Source: Acidobacteriota bacterium (GTDB lineage Bacteria; Acidobacteriota; UBA6911; RPQK01; JAJDTT01). From it: a DNA stretch of 64,000 nt. The notes under the pieces are model-generated. The model searched no databases. It worked only from the letters and a program-made list of their open reading frames with translations, and had not been told where the DNA came from. The DNA is taken from positions 672,001 through 736,000 of the forward strand of contig CBDCJH010000002.1 in assembly GCA_965217775.1 (NCBI GenBank). Reading direction: 5' to 3'. How positions within the stretch are numbered: position 1 is the first letter of the stretch; each line of letters starts with the position of its first letter. A program made the translations under genes and the position numbers. Shown one piece after another: positions 1 through 10,210 of this stretch.

Positions 1-591
1 ATCCTCGAGTACGCCCTCATGGTTCTGCTCGTAGAAACCGCCCACGGTGGAGAGGATGAGCAGCAGGTCGGCCTGAACCAAAACCGCCACCTGCGCCGAG
101 AGGTGGTCGTTGTCCCCGAACTTGATCTCGTTGACCGCCACCGTGTCGTTCTCGTTGACCACGGGGAGTATCCCGGATGCGAGCAGGGTCTCCAGCGCGT
201 TCCTGGCATTGAGATAGCGCTCCCGGTTGTTCATGTCGTCCCGGGTGAGAAGGACTTGCGCCGTGTGCCGGCCGCGCCCGGAGAAGAGTCGTTCGTAGAG
301 GGACATGAGGAGGCTCTGCCCCACGGCGGCGCAAGCCTGCAACTGGGGGATGGTCTTGGCTGCTCCGGTCAGGCCCATGACCGGAGCCCCGGCCGCCACC
401 GCTCCCGAGGTGACAAGAACCAATTGGCGTCCCTCCCCCAGGAGCCGGGTCATGCTTCCCGCGAGCCGGCCGATCCGCTCCGTGTCCAGACGTTGATCCG
501 AATCCACCAGCACGCCGGACCCCACCTTGACCACGATGCGGCCGGCTCCGGCCAGCGAACGCCGCACGGATTGTTCGCTACTTTCCGCCAT
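1..591 (-). CDS. proB: glutamate 5-kinase (5' part; runs off the window edge)
   Basis: Manual translation from ATG at 591: MAESSEQSVRRSLAGAGRIVVKVGSGVL...GILPVVNENDTVAVNEIKFGDND, which carries the ProB motifs. It is not in the ORF track because its stop codon lies outside the window. Confidence 0.95.
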   Translation of the reverse strand, partial: MAESSEQSVRRSLAGAGRIVVKVGSGVLVDSDQRLDTERIGRLAGSMTRLLGEGRQLVLVTSGAVAAGAPVMGLTGAAKTIPQLQACAAVGQSLLMSLYERLFSGRGRHTAQVLLTRDDMNNRERYLNARNALETLLASGILPVVNENDTVAVNEIKFGDNDHLSAQVAVLVQADLLLILSTVGGFYEQNHEGVLED

Positions 592-766
592 GTCCGGCGC
601 CTATCTTCCGGGCTTACCGGCGTCAAATCAAGCCGCTCGCAGGACCGTGGTTCGTCAGCTTGGACTCCGTGCGTCTCGAAATCCGTTCCATCACTAAAAA
701 TGATGTTTGACGAAGTATGTTATCGTCCGATCCGGCGAGGATACGGACGGTCGCCGCGGGATCCGT

Positions 767-1241
767 CAGGGTGACAAGTTCGTCATCGGCCTTTTGCCCA
801 GCATCGTGGTCTTCAAGGAGATGGCGCCCTCGCCAGACCGTTTTCTGAAGCCGAGGAGATCAATTCGTCGATGGTGTTGACACGATCCTGGCTCTTCGTT
901 CCCGGCCACCGGCAGAAAATGATCGATAAATCGGCCGGCCGGGGTTCCGATGCATTGATATACGACCTTGAGGACGCCGTCCCACGGGATGGGATGGACG
1001 CGGCCCGAATGAAGGTGGGCGCGGCCTTGGATGCGGCGCAAGGGGGACCTCACCGATTCGTTCGGATTCACGGCGCCCGGCATGCCGCCCGGAAGCGTTC
1101 GGCTGGGCGGCGATGATCGAGAGCGCCGTGGGCCTGGTTCAGGCGCCGGCCATCGCCGCGTCTTCTCCCCGGCTCGTGGCCCTCAGGTTCGGCGCGGAAG
1201 ATTTTGCAGTCGACCTGGATCTGTTCTCGTTTCGAGAAGGA
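767..1241 (+). pseudogene. degenerate duplicate of MaoC-like tail plus 5' part of the CitE-like lyase gene
   Basis: Aligns to 2871-3482 (SWLFVPGHRQKMIDK...IYDLEDAVP; MIESAVGL...FSFREG). It has an internal deletion of about 134 bp between CATG microhomologies, a +1 G, and truncation at the Fic gene. Confidence 0.9.
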
Positions 1242-2745
1242 CGGCTGCCTCCATCGCGGCGACCTCTGCGTCGTCCAGCTCTGAAAACCGCGGCCGTTTC
1301 GCCGCCGAGAGCCGCCCTCCGTTTTGCATGCAGAGGCGCACGAACAGGGAAGCTCGGCGGTCCGGCATGTCGACGATCTCGCGGACCGCTTCAAAGGCCC
1401 GGTCAAAGACCGCAATGAATTCGAGTTCCTCTTCGAGATCCCGGCGAACCGTGTCGGCCACGCGGTCGTACAAGTACTCAGCGAAGACGGTCGCATCGTA
1501 ATAACGATACAGATCGGCCGTCTCGTTCCCAACGACGATTTCCCGCTCCGCCGTCCAATGCCACTGGATGAATTCGAGTATCGGCCGCGAAAAGGTCTGC
1601 AGCACGTCGTCGTAACTGCGCCGGTCGCGCAGAATGGCCGCGGAGACGGGAAAGAGGACAGCCGGCGGACTGTAGCCCCGCTTGGCCAGCACATGGTGCA
1701 GCAGGAAGCGGTGGATACGCCCGTTCCCATCCTCGAATGGGTGGATGAAGACGAAGGAGAAGGCGGAGACCGCCGCCGCCACGACCGTGTCGACTCCGCC
1801 CTCGACAACGCGCCGGGTCAAGCTCATCCAGGCGTCCATGAGTCCGGGCACGTCTTCAGGCCGCGGCCAGACGAAGTGCACCTCTTCGCGGAACCCCCGA
1901 ACGGTTTGGCCCACAAAGTTCTGGAGGTTGCGCCAGTCAGTTGCCGCGTAACGCGGGTCGACGATCTCACCCTGCAGGCGAATCAGAGCCGTCTTGTCGG
2001 CCGGGTCGAAGTCGGGCGCCGCCCTGAGAGCAGCGATGAACCGCTCGGTGCGCGAGGCGTTGACGGTCTCGCCCTCCAGGGCAAATGAGGAGCGCGTCTC
2101 TTTCGTGTAGAGGTAGTTTGCGGCCCGGGCGAGAGTGAGGGGGTCATGCCTTTCGATCAGGACGCGGGCCGACTCGTCCACCCGCCGATCTATTTGCTCC
2201 ATCAACCGCGGTGTGCGTCTGATCGTGGGACACATGCCGGGACCGCCGAGCAGGTTGTCGGCAACGCGGTGCCGTGGAGAATTGCGGCGTTCCGCGACGA
2301 GGTGCCTTTTGGGATCCAGAGCCATGACGTAGTTGCCGAACCGTACATCCTCCAGGTCCAGTTTCCGGCCGGTGAACATCTCGTAGAAGAACCAGGCACG
2401 CCGACTGAAGGCGCCCGTGGGCTCCGCCCTGACCCAGGCCTCGAGTTCGGCCGGGTCGATCGCCTTGAGAGCCGCCACCAGCACCCCGAGGTCGAAGGCT
2501 TCGTGGCGCAATGCGAACCGGAGGTGTGACACGAGGGATCCGTCCGTGGCATATTGCCGGGGATAAAGCTCCTCGATTCGCGGTCCGCGCATTCGGGTTC
2601 GCCGTGCGCCTGCCACGATGTAGCTCTCGACCTCCGGTGGAGGGACTTTCAAGTTCAGCTCGTGCCTGAGCCAAGCTTGGCCGATGGGAATCCGATCTCG
2701 GTTTGTCAGAGTATTTTTCATTTGGAATCGGTTATGCCGATGCAA
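1183..2745 (-). CDS. Fic family protein (AMPylase motif)
   Basis: 520-aa ORF with canonical HPFEDGNGRIHR Fic motif. The start could be the Met about 8 codons downstream. Confidence 0.92.
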   Translation of the reverse strand: MHRHNRFQMKNTLTNRDRIPIGQAWLRHELNLKVPPPEVESYIVAGARRTRMRGPRIEELYPRQYATDGSLVSHLRFALRHEAFDLGVLVAALKAIDPAELEAWVRAEPTGAFSRRAWFFYEMFTGRKLDLEDVRFGNYVMALDPKRHLVAERRNSPRHRVADNLLGGPGMCPTIRRTPRLMEQIDRRVDESARVLIERHDPLTLARAANYLYTKETRSSFALEGETVNASRTERFIAALRAAPDFDPADKTALIRLQGEIVDPRYAATDWRNLQNFVGQTVRGFREEVHFVWPRPEDVPGLMDAWMSLTRRVVEGGVDTVVAAAVSAFSFVFIHPFEDGNGRIHRFLLHHVLAKRGYSPPAVLFPVSAAILRDRRSYDDVLQTFSRPILEFIQWHWTAEREIVVGNETADLYRYYDATVFAEYLYDRVADTVRRDLEEELEFIAVFDRAFEAVREIVDMPDRRASLFVRLCMQNGGRLSAAKRPRFSELDDAEVAAMEAAVLLETRTDPGRLQNLPRRT

Positions 2746-2867
2746 AATAGATTAGATTATGCTGCCCGCATTCAAATTCAATTACCACACCGAATCCGAC
2801 TTGGGGGCACGTTGGTTCCGTGTTCCAAACAAACGAGGTCCAAGACGTCGCACTTGGCGTAGCGGGA

Positions 2868-2972
2868 AATCAGGACGGCAAGATCGTGATCGAATTCGTG
2901 CGTAGCGTCATGGTCTACAAGCGGGATCGGGCTTCCTCGCCAAATCGTTTTCCCGAAGTCAAGGGAGGTTAG
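2868..2972 (+). pseudogene. C-terminal remnant of a MaoC-family dehydratase
   Basis: Reads NQDGKIVIEFVRSVMVYKRDRASSPNRFPEVKGG*, which resembles a MaoC hotdog-fold C-terminus. It ends 6 bp before the citE-like ATG and has no N-terminal part. Confidence 0.6.
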
Positions 2973-2978
2973 GAATTT

Positions 2979-3857
2979 ATGGAAAGGATGCGGTCCTGGC
3001 TTTTTGTCCCCGGCCACCGGCAGAAGATGATCGACAAGGCGCCTGGCCGGGGGGCGGATGCATTGATATACGACCTGGAGGACGCCGTCCCTCCGAACGA
3101 GATGGACGCGGCCCGGAGGAAGGTGGGCGCGGCGTTGGATGCGGCGAAAGAGGGGCCACGCCGATTCGTTCGGATTCACGGCGCCGGGCATGGGGCCATG
3201 GACGGCGACCTGCGAGCGGTGGTCCGGCCCGGCCTGGAGGGGCTGGTGCTCCCCAAGGTGGACCGCCCGGAGGACGTGCTGACCGTCGATCGTTCGCTGA
3301 CGGAACGGGAGTCCGAGGCCGACATGCGGCCCGGATGTGTTCGGCTGGCGGCGATGATCGAGAGCGCCGTGGGCTTGATTCAGGCGCCGGCGATCGCCGC
3401 GTCTTCTCCCAGGCTCGTGGCCCTCATGTTCGGTGCGGAAGATTTTGCAGTCGACCTGGGTCTGTTCTCGTTTCGAGAAGGAGAACTGATGTCCTACGCG
3501 CGCTCCGCGCTCGTGGTGGCGGCAGCCAGCGCCCGGCTGGAGCCGGTGGACAAGGTCTACCTCGATTTTCGGGATCCGGACGGATTGGCCCGGGAGACCC
3601 AGGCGGCAAGGGGGCTCGGGTTCTCCGGAAAGACCCTGATCCATCCGGCTCAGATCGAAGTGGTTCACCGGGTCTTCCGTCCGACGGATGAGGAGGTCGA
3701 ATCGGCACGCCGGGTGGTAGAGGCCTTCGAAGCGGCTCCCGAGGAAGGGACGATGGCCGTCGATGGACGGATGGTGGATCTGCCGGTCGTCAAGCGAGCC
3801 CGGTGGATACTCCGGTCGGCAGCGAAAAGGGAGATATCCATGAGGAGAGAGGGATAG
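2979..3857 (+). CDS. HpcH/HpaI aldolase/citrate lyase family CoA-ester lyase (CitE/malyl-CoA lyase-like)
   Basis: RSWLFVPG, DLEDAV, LPKV, MIES, FGAED, GKTLIHPAQ and DGRMVDLPV motifs. Confidence 0.93.
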   Translation: MERMRSWLFVPGHRQKMIDKAPGRGADALIYDLEDAVPPNEMDAARRKVGAALDAAKEGPRRFVRIHGAGHGAMDGDLRAVVRPGLEGLVLPKVDRPEDVLTVDRSLTERESEADMRPGCVRLAAMIESAVGLIQAPAIAASSPRLVALMFGAEDFAVDLGLFSFREGELMSYARSALVVAAASARLEPVDKVYLDFRDPDGLARETQAARGLGFSGKTLIHPAQIEVVHRVFRPTDEEVESARRVVEAFEAAPEEGTMAVDGRMVDLPVVKRARWILRSAAKREISMRREG

Positions 3858-3963
3858 GAAGCGCCGCCTTTCCAACCGCCGAACTCTCAGCCGCGCATCG
3901 GGGGAAGCTTTCGCCGCGGGTGTCTTTTCTGCCGAAACGATCCGATCAACGAGGAAGAGGATT

Positions 3964-5175
3964 ATGTCATCCCGGCGTGAGTTCCTGACTGCAGCCACCA
4001 TGGGCGTGGCCGCCACGGCCGTTTCGGCGACTCCGAAATACGTGGGGTACGGGTCGACCAGATCGGACAGGAAGATCCGTATCGGGATCGTTGGAGGCGG
4101 GTTCGGCTGTAACTTCTACTGGCACGAGCATCCGCGGTGTGTCGTCGAAGCGGTGACCGACCTCTACCCGAAACGCCGGAAGAGACTCCAGGAAGTCTAC
4201 GGTTGCGACAACGTCTACGACTCCTTGGAGGAAATGCTGAAGCAGAAGGCGAACGACCTGGACGCCGTGGCGGTCTTCAGCGGGGCTCTCGATCATGTGA
4301 AGCACACGAAGATGTGTTTCGAACGGGGGCTGCACGTGATCGCCGCCGTACCGGCGTGCTTCAGCATGGAAGAGGCGTACGAGCTCAAAGAGCAGAAGGA
4401 AAAGACGGGTCTCCGCTACATGATGGCCGAGACCAGCTACTACAACACGGCCTGTATCTACGCGAGAGACCTGTTTCGGGAGGGCGGCTTCGGAGAGTTG
4501 TTCTACAGCGAAGTCGAGTACTATCACGACGTCTATCGCGAGGAAATAATCAACAATCCGAAGTCCAACTATTATCATCCTGACGGTTCCGTGAGCTGGC
4601 GGCAGGGGTTTCCTCCCATGCACTATCCGACCCATGCCCTGGGCTACATCGTGGGAGTCACGGGCGAGCGCATCGTCAGGACCTCGGCTCTGGGCTGGGG
4701 GGATCCGGAGCAGATGGCGATGTTCCAAGGCAATCCCTACCGGAACCCGTTCTCCAACAGCGGCGCTTGGATGCAGACGGATCAGGGCCACATCGTACGC
4801 TGCAACATGTTCTGGCACATTGCCGCAGGGGGCGAGCGAGCCAATTGGTTCGGAGAGAAGGGAACCTTCTACATGACCCGGAAGGGCATCCATCGCGTCA
4901 TCTGGGACGGGCGGAGAAGCGAGCCCCAAGAGGTGACTCTGCCCGAATACTGGAACACTCGCCGGCTGCCGGCACGGATGCGTCACACCAGCGGTCATGG
5001 CAGCAGCCACACCTTCCTCACCGCGGAGTTCGTCAACGCATTGGTGGAGGACCGCGAGCCGGCCATCGACGTCTACGAGTCGTTGGCCATGACCGTGCCG
5101 GGAATCGTGTCCCACCAGTCCGCCCTCCGGAACGGAGAGCAGATGGAGGTGCCCCAGTTCGACCCGGCAACTTGA
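3964..5175 (+). CDS. Gfo/Idh/MocA family oxidoreductase, Tat-exported
   Basis: SRREFL twin-arginine leader, IGIVGGGFG Rossmann motif, HYPTH; RBS AGAGGA. Confidence 0.88.
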   Translation: MSSRREFLTAATMGVAATAVSATPKYVGYGSTRSDRKIRIGIVGGGFGCNFYWHEHPRCVVEAVTDLYPKRRKRLQEVYGCDNVYDSLEEMLKQKANDLDAVAVFSGALDHVKHTKMCFERGLHVIAAVPACFSMEEAYELKEQKEKTGLRYMMAETSYYNTACIYARDLFREGGFGELFYSEVEYYHDVYREEIINNPKSNYYHPDGSVSWRQGFPPMHYPTHALGYIVGVTGERIVRTSALGWGDPEQMAMFQGNPYRNPFSNSGAWMQTDQGHIVRCNMFWHIAAGGERANWFGEKGTFYMTRKGIHRVIWDGRRSEPQEVTLPEYWNTRRLPARMRHTSGHGSSHTFLTAEFVNALVEDREPAIDVYESLAMTVPGIVSHQSALRNGEQMEVPQFDPAT

Positions 5176-5261
5176 CAGTCTGCGGCCAGGGTCATCGCTA
5201 AACCAGATTCACACAGCCAGTCTGTGTGAGATTGGGGTTGTGAACCGTCCGGACGAAAGGC

Positions 5262-6731
5262 ATGAGGGAAAACGCGCGGTTTGTCGAGACGTTTCAGAGC
5301 CGTTGCCACTTCGGCTTGGCGCAGGCGGATATCACTCCGCCTGTCGGCATCTATCACCGGATGTGGGGCGCGGCCAGCCACGATCGCTCCACGGGCGTGC
5401 ATCGCCCCCTGACGGCGTCTGCCGTTGCTTTTGGGGACCTTGAGGAGACCGGACCGGCTTCGAGGTGCGAGCAGATCCTGATCCTGTTGGACCACGTCCT
5501 GCTGTGGCCCGCCGAGATGGACCTGCTGTTGGAGAGGGCCGGCCGACTCTCCGGGATCAGCCGTGACTCCCTGTTGGTGGTGTTCTCCCATACCCACGCC
5601 GCAGGCCTGATGGGCTCGGAACGAGAGTCCCTGCCGGGAGGTGAGTTGATCCGCGGCTATTTGAGGAGGGTCGCGGCCTCTGTGGGCGATCTGATCTCCG
5701 CGGCCAGATCCCGGTCGCAGACGGCCACCATCACCTACGGCTTCGGCCGCTGCTCGTTGGCCCGAAATCGGGATCTGTGGGACGACCAATCGCAGCAATT
5801 CGTGTGCGGGTACAACCCGGACGGACCGTCGGACGACACGCTCCTGGTCGCTCGGGTCAGCGACGAACGGGATGAGCCGTTGGCGTCAATTGTCAACTAC
5901 GCCTGCCATCCCACGACCCTGGCCTGGCAGAACACGCTCATCAGCCCCGACTTTCCGGGAGCCATGCGAGAGGTCGTCGAGCGGGAGACCGGGGCGCCCT
6001 GCCTCTTCCTTCAGGGCGCGTCCGGAGACCTGGGGCCCAAGGAGGGGTTCGTGGGGGACCTGGAAGTGGCGGACCGAAACGGGCGTCAGCTCGGCTACGC
6101 CGCACTTTCGGCCCTGTGCGACCTGCCGGCGCCCAACCGGCGCTTTCAATACACCGGACCCCGGGAGTCCGGCGCCACCTTGGGAACCTGGTCCTGGACC
6201 CGGCTCTCTCGCGAGGAGGAGAGACGAAGCAGCCGGTGGAAATTGAGGTGCTGGGCCGTGGATCTCCCCTGTCGCCGGACATCGCACACAAGGGAAGAGG
6301 TCCAATCCGAGCTCGAACGATGCAGAGCCGGAGAAGAGCGGGCGCGCGCTGCCGGAGACGAAGCTCGAGCCGCCGATTTCCGAGCCCTGGCCGAACAGCA
6401 GGATCGGCGGTTGCAACGCCTGAAATTCCTTCCGGCGGGAGCGAGCCTCCCCTATTCGATCTGGCTCTGGAGCATCGGGGACGCCTTCTGGCTGGCCGTG
6501 GAAGGCGAACCCTACCAAATGCTGCAACGGTCGTTGCGGGAGCGGTTTCCCGGAGTGCCGATCATGGTGGCTTCCCTGGCCAACGGCGCCCGGGCGAACT
6601 ACCTGATCCCGGCCGGGGCCTACGGAACGGGCCGCTATCCCGACACCATCGCCGTTCTGGCCAAGGGCTCCCTGGAAACCGTCATCGACGAGGCCGGAAA
6701 CCAGATCGAAGAGTGGCTGACGGACCGATAG
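5262..6731 (+). CDS. neutral/alkaline ceramidase N-terminal-domain-like amidohydrolase
   Basis: DITPP, SHTHA, NYACHPT, DFPG and FLQGASGD motifs. Confidence 0.72.
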   Translation: MRENARFVETFQSRCHFGLAQADITPPVGIYHRMWGAASHDRSTGVHRPLTASAVAFGDLEETGPASRCEQILILLDHVLLWPAEMDLLLERAGRLSGISRDSLLVVFSHTHAAGLMGSERESLPGGELIRGYLRRVAASVGDLISAARSRSQTATITYGFGRCSLARNRDLWDDQSQQFVCGYNPDGPSDDTLLVARVSDERDEPLASIVNYACHPTTLAWQNTLISPDFPGAMREVVERETGAPCLFLQGASGDLGPKEGFVGDLEVADRNGRQLGYAALSALCDLPAPNRRFQYTGPRESGATLGTWSWTRLSREEERRSSRWKLRCWAVDLPCRRTSHTREEVQSELERCRAGEERARAAGDEARAADFRALAEQQDRRLQRLKFLPAGASLPYSIWLWSIGDAFWLAVEGEPYQMLQRSLRERFPGVPIMVASLANGARANYLIPAGAYGTGRYPDTIAVLAKGSLETVIDEAGNQIEEWLTDR

Positions 6732-6758
6732 GAGCGGGGGTTTGTAACCCCCGATTCC
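6729..6758. repeat. REP-like palindrome between convergent genes
   Basis: TAGGAGCGGGGGTTTGTAACCCCCGATTCC; same GGAG-stem-AWT architecture as the other units. Confidence 0.6.
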
Positions 6759-6776
6759 GGCGAACGGATCCTCACC

Positions 6777-9700
6777 TCACCGAGGCCGCCGGCGGGCGTT
6801 GCTAAGGAAGGCCAGCAGGCTGGCCAGATCCTCCCGGCTCACCTGCTCCTCCAGGCCGGACGGCATTACGGATACGTTGCCGGGACGGATCTCGCGGATC
6901 TCCGACCGGGCGACCCTCACCTCGGTGTCCGGACCGGTCACCATCTCGACCTCCTCTTGCCCGTCCTCGGTGATCACCCCCTGGTGAATCTCTCCCGATT
7001 CGGTCACCACCACCATGGGTTCGTAGCCTCGCACGAAGCTGGCGCTGGGAAAGAGGATCGACTCCAGCAGATCGCGCCGGTTTCGGACGTCGCCGATCCG
7101 GGTAAGGTCGGGTCCGGACCGGCCTCCCTGGTAGCCGATGGCATGGCACGAGGAACAGGCGGCGCTGTTGCTGTTGAAGACGGCCTGACCCTGGCGAATG
7201 TCCCCTTCGTCCAGAGTCGCCAGCAAATCCTCCAGACGTGCCAGCTGCTCGACCGGATCCATTTCCAGGGATGCCAGGAGTTGCTCCCCTTGGCGTTGAA
7301 CCGGAGGGGGAAAGTTGGCCAGGGCCTGGCTCATGACGTCGGCCCGCAGTCCGTTCAGACCTCTCGAATCCCGTACGGCGGCCATCAGCCGCAGGCCCAG
7401 ATCTTCGTCTCCGCCGTTCCGGTAGGCCCCAAGCAACGGCGAGAGGACCAAGGGTCCCGCAGTCCGCACCGACTCGGCCAACTCCAGCAACTGGTCGCGT
7501 GTCAGCCGGGATCTGCCCAGGACGCCGGCGGCGCCGGTGCGGGCATCCACCGCTGCCGCAGGCCCGAGGGCGGCCTGCAACAATTCGAAGAGACCGGGGT
7601 CGAGTCCGTCCAATTCTCCGGGAACGGCTGCCAACGCATTCACGCGCAGCTCGTCGTCCCGGGTCGAGTCGCGGCCGACGCCAAGCAGGACCTCCTTCAG
7701 GCGCCCGGCGTCCTCCTCCCCCGGGTCCGGCAGGGCGCGAAGAGTGGCGACCGCCTCCCGGATCAGGGCCGCGTCATCTCCGGACAGAACCGCTGCGAGT
7801 CCGTCGACCCAAACGGAGGGTGTCTTCTTGAGGGAGCTGCCGGCCATGGCCCGCAACGCGGTCAGGCGGGACTCGGTCGAGCCGGTGCCGGCAACGGTCG
7901 AAGCCAGGAAGCTCTGAATGGTGTCGTTTCTCCCGAGCTTGGACAGTTGCCGGATCAACTCCGCCCTCTCCTCAGAGCCCACGCCGCGAAGAGCCAGCCG
8001 CCAGCGAAAATACCGGGCCAACTCTTCACCCCACTCCGGATGGTGGCCGGCGATCCAGGAGGCCGTCTGTTTCAAGATCGGCTCGTCGTCCGCGAGAAGG
8101 GGAGTGACGGTCTCGGGCGTCAGTCCGCCGCCCGGCATCTGGTCCAGGGCGATGAGGGCGGCGCGCCGGGTATGGGGAGAAGAGGCTCGTAATCCGTTAG
8201 CCGTGCCGTCGGGATCGGCAATCTCGATCAGCGCGTAGATCAGGGAGTGCTCCAGGATCCGGCCGTTGTTCGCCCCGGCCCGAGCCAGCAATCCAGGAAC
8301 GGCGCGGCGGTCGCCGATGCGTCCCAGCGCCTCGGCGGCCACCCTCTGAATGGACGCGGCGCCCTGCTCCAGAAGTTCCAGCACCCTGGGACCGCTGTCG
8401 GCGTCGCGCCAAACGCCGACCGAATGGAGGGCGGCCTGCCGCACGCTCTCGTCCCCGTCGGAGAGCGCCTGTCGAACGGCTGTGCGAGCCTCGGCGTGAT
8501 CGATTCGGGTGAGCGTCCAGACGGCGTTGCGGCGCGCTTCCACTGAGTCGGACGTCGAAAGCGTCCGGATCAGCACCGGCACCTCCGGACTCCCCTTCTT
8601 GGCCAGCTCTCCGATGGCTCGGCTGCGGACGGCCGGTTTCGGGTCGTCCAGGAGTTCCGTCAGTTGGCCGCCGCCGGCGCTGGCCCAGTCGATGCGCAGG
8701 CCCCTGGGATCCTCGGGTCCGGACGCACCCTTCCGACGGATTCGGTAGATCCCGCCCAGGACATCCGGCTTGTGGAGCTGGGAGGTGGGGCAGCAGAGTT
8801 TGTACCAGCCTCCCGTATCGACCACCAGCAGGCTGCCGTCGGCGTCCTCCAGGACGTCGGTGGGATGGAAGTCGCGATCGCCGGAGACGAGGAAGTCCGA
8901 GTCCCGGGTCGTGAAGGTGGCTCCACTGGGCTCCAGGACGTGACGGGTCACCTTGTTCAAATTGAAGAGACACGCAAACAGGTTGCCCTGATATTCGCCG
9001 CCGAAGACCTGTGAGGCATAGATGGTCTGGGCGCAGGGAGCGGCCGGGCCCAGGTGCAGCATGGCCGGCAGCAGGTTCCCGGTCTTGGCGTGGCCGCCGA
9101 GGACGCCGTGCGTTTTTCCGTAGACGCTCCCATGGACGGCGTGAACGATACCGTCCCGGCGGCCCAGTTTCGGGTGCTGAACGAAAGTGGACGCCAGCAG
9201 CCGTTCTCCCCGGGGCGTGAAGACCACGTCCACGGGGTTGTCCATTCCCCCCGTCAGGACCGGCTCGATCCACGGATCTCCGGGCCGTCGCCGGAAGATG
9301 TGGGCGGCGCGGGTCACCAGGGGAGGACCGTCGGGCCGTTCGTAGGTCTGCTCGGCGAAGGCGCCCTTGGTCCAGTAGATCCAACCGTCCAGTCCCAGGT
9401 AGGGGCCGTGCAGATCGTTGGCGCAACCGGTGAGGGTCTTGCCCGCGAACCATTCCTCCCGCTCGTCGGCGACGCCATCGTCATCCGTATCCGTCAGCTT
9501 CCAGATGCTCGGGGGCGCCGCCACGTAGAGTGAGCCGTCGAACCAGAGCGCGCCCTGGGGGATCATCATGCCGTCGGCAAACGGAGTGCTCCGGTCAAAA
9601 CGGCCGTCACCGTCCGTGTCCTCCAGGCGCTTGACGCGGTGCGGTTTCTGCTCGAGTTGTTGCTTCACCGGGTCGTTGGAACCGGAGGACTCGGTCACGT

Positions 9701-9908
9701 AGAGTCGGCCCTGCTCGTCGAAGTCGGCGGAGATGGGGCGTTCCACCAGCGGCGGCCCGGCGACGAGTTCCAACTCGAATCCTTCGGCCACCGTCAGCGT
9801 GGAGTCGTCGGGCGTTTCGTCAACCTGGACGAGCTGGTATAGCAGAGCGGAAACGGCCAGCAGGACCAGCCCCCAGAAGAGGGAAGAGCGAGGAAATCCG
9901 GATTTCAT
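6777..9908 (-). CDS. PVC-type membrane-bound dehydrogenase domain / HEAT-repeat / c-type heme (CxxCH) protein
   Basis: Signal-like N-terminus (MKSGFPRSS...), beta-propeller with EDTDGDGRFD, HEAT-like helices, CSSCH, GPDLT and C-terminal SVMPSG. Confidence 0.88.
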   Translation of the reverse strand: MKSGFPRSSLFWGLVLLAVSALLYQLVQVDETPDDSTLTVAEGFELELVAGPPLVERPISADFDEQGRLYVTESSGSNDPVKQQLEQKPHRVKRLEDTDGDGRFDRSTPFADGMMIPQGALWFDGSLYVAAPPSIWKLTDTDDDGVADEREEWFAGKTLTGCANDLHGPYLGLDGWIYWTKGAFAEQTYERPDGPPLVTRAAHIFRRRPGDPWIEPVLTGGMDNPVDVVFTPRGERLLASTFVQHPKLGRRDGIVHAVHGSVYGKTHGVLGGHAKTGNLLPAMLHLGPAAPCAQTIYASQVFGGEYQGNLFACLFNLNKVTRHVLEPSGATFTTRDSDFLVSGDRDFHPTDVLEDADGSLLVVDTGGWYKLCCPTSQLHKPDVLGGIYRIRRKGASGPEDPRGLRIDWASAGGGQLTELLDDPKPAVRSRAIGELAKKGSPEVPVLIRTLSTSDSVEARRNAVWTLTRIDHAEARTAVRQALSDGDESVRQAALHSVGVWRDADSGPRVLELLEQGAASIQRVAAEALGRIGDRRAVPGLLARAGANNGRILEHSLIYALIEIADPDGTANGLRASSPHTRRAALIALDQMPGGGLTPETVTPLLADDEPILKQTASWIAGHHPEWGEELARYFRWRLALRGVGSEERAELIRQLSKLGRNDTIQSFLASTVAGTGSTESRLTALRAMAGSSLKKTPSVWVDGLAAVLSGDDAALIREAVATLRALPDPGEEDAGRLKEVLLGVGRDSTRDDELRVNALAAVPGELDGLDPGLFELLQAALGPAAAVDARTGAAGVLGRSRLTRDQLLELAESVRTAGPLVLSPLLGAYRNGGDEDLGLRLMAAVRDSRGLNGLRADVMSQALANFPPPVQRQGEQLLASLEMDPVEQLARLEDLLATLDEGDIRQGQAVFNSNSAACSSCHAIGYQGGRSGPDLTRIGDVRNRRDLLESILFPSASFVRGYEPMVVVTESGEIHQGVITEDGQEEVEMVTGPDTEVRVARSEIREIRPGNVSVMPSGLEEQVSREDLASLLAFLSNARRRPR

Positions 9909-10210
9909 GGATACGGCCTCCCGCGGGTTCAAGGAATGTTTGGAAGCGATTAAAACACCGGTGGGCAAGGATTAGAAGCGGCCCTCGACCCGCCATGCGG
10001 ATGGATTTGACGCCGCCGCTTCCGGATTTCCCCCAAAGGGACGATTATTCGCTATAGGTAGTAAAACAAGGGCCAAAATTTACTATCAATGGACAACTCT
10101 TGCCAAGAGACGTGCATGGGAGAGGGGAGGTTCTTGTCCCCTACGATCCCACGAATCCGCGGTTGACGACCTCCGTCCCCATTCCGTTGGCGCAGGCTCC
10201 TAGGCGAGTC

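Noticed and set aside
19-774. 251-aa plus-strand ORF in the ORF track
   Set aside because: It is the antisense shadow of proB, which carries the recognisable kinase motifs on the minus strand.
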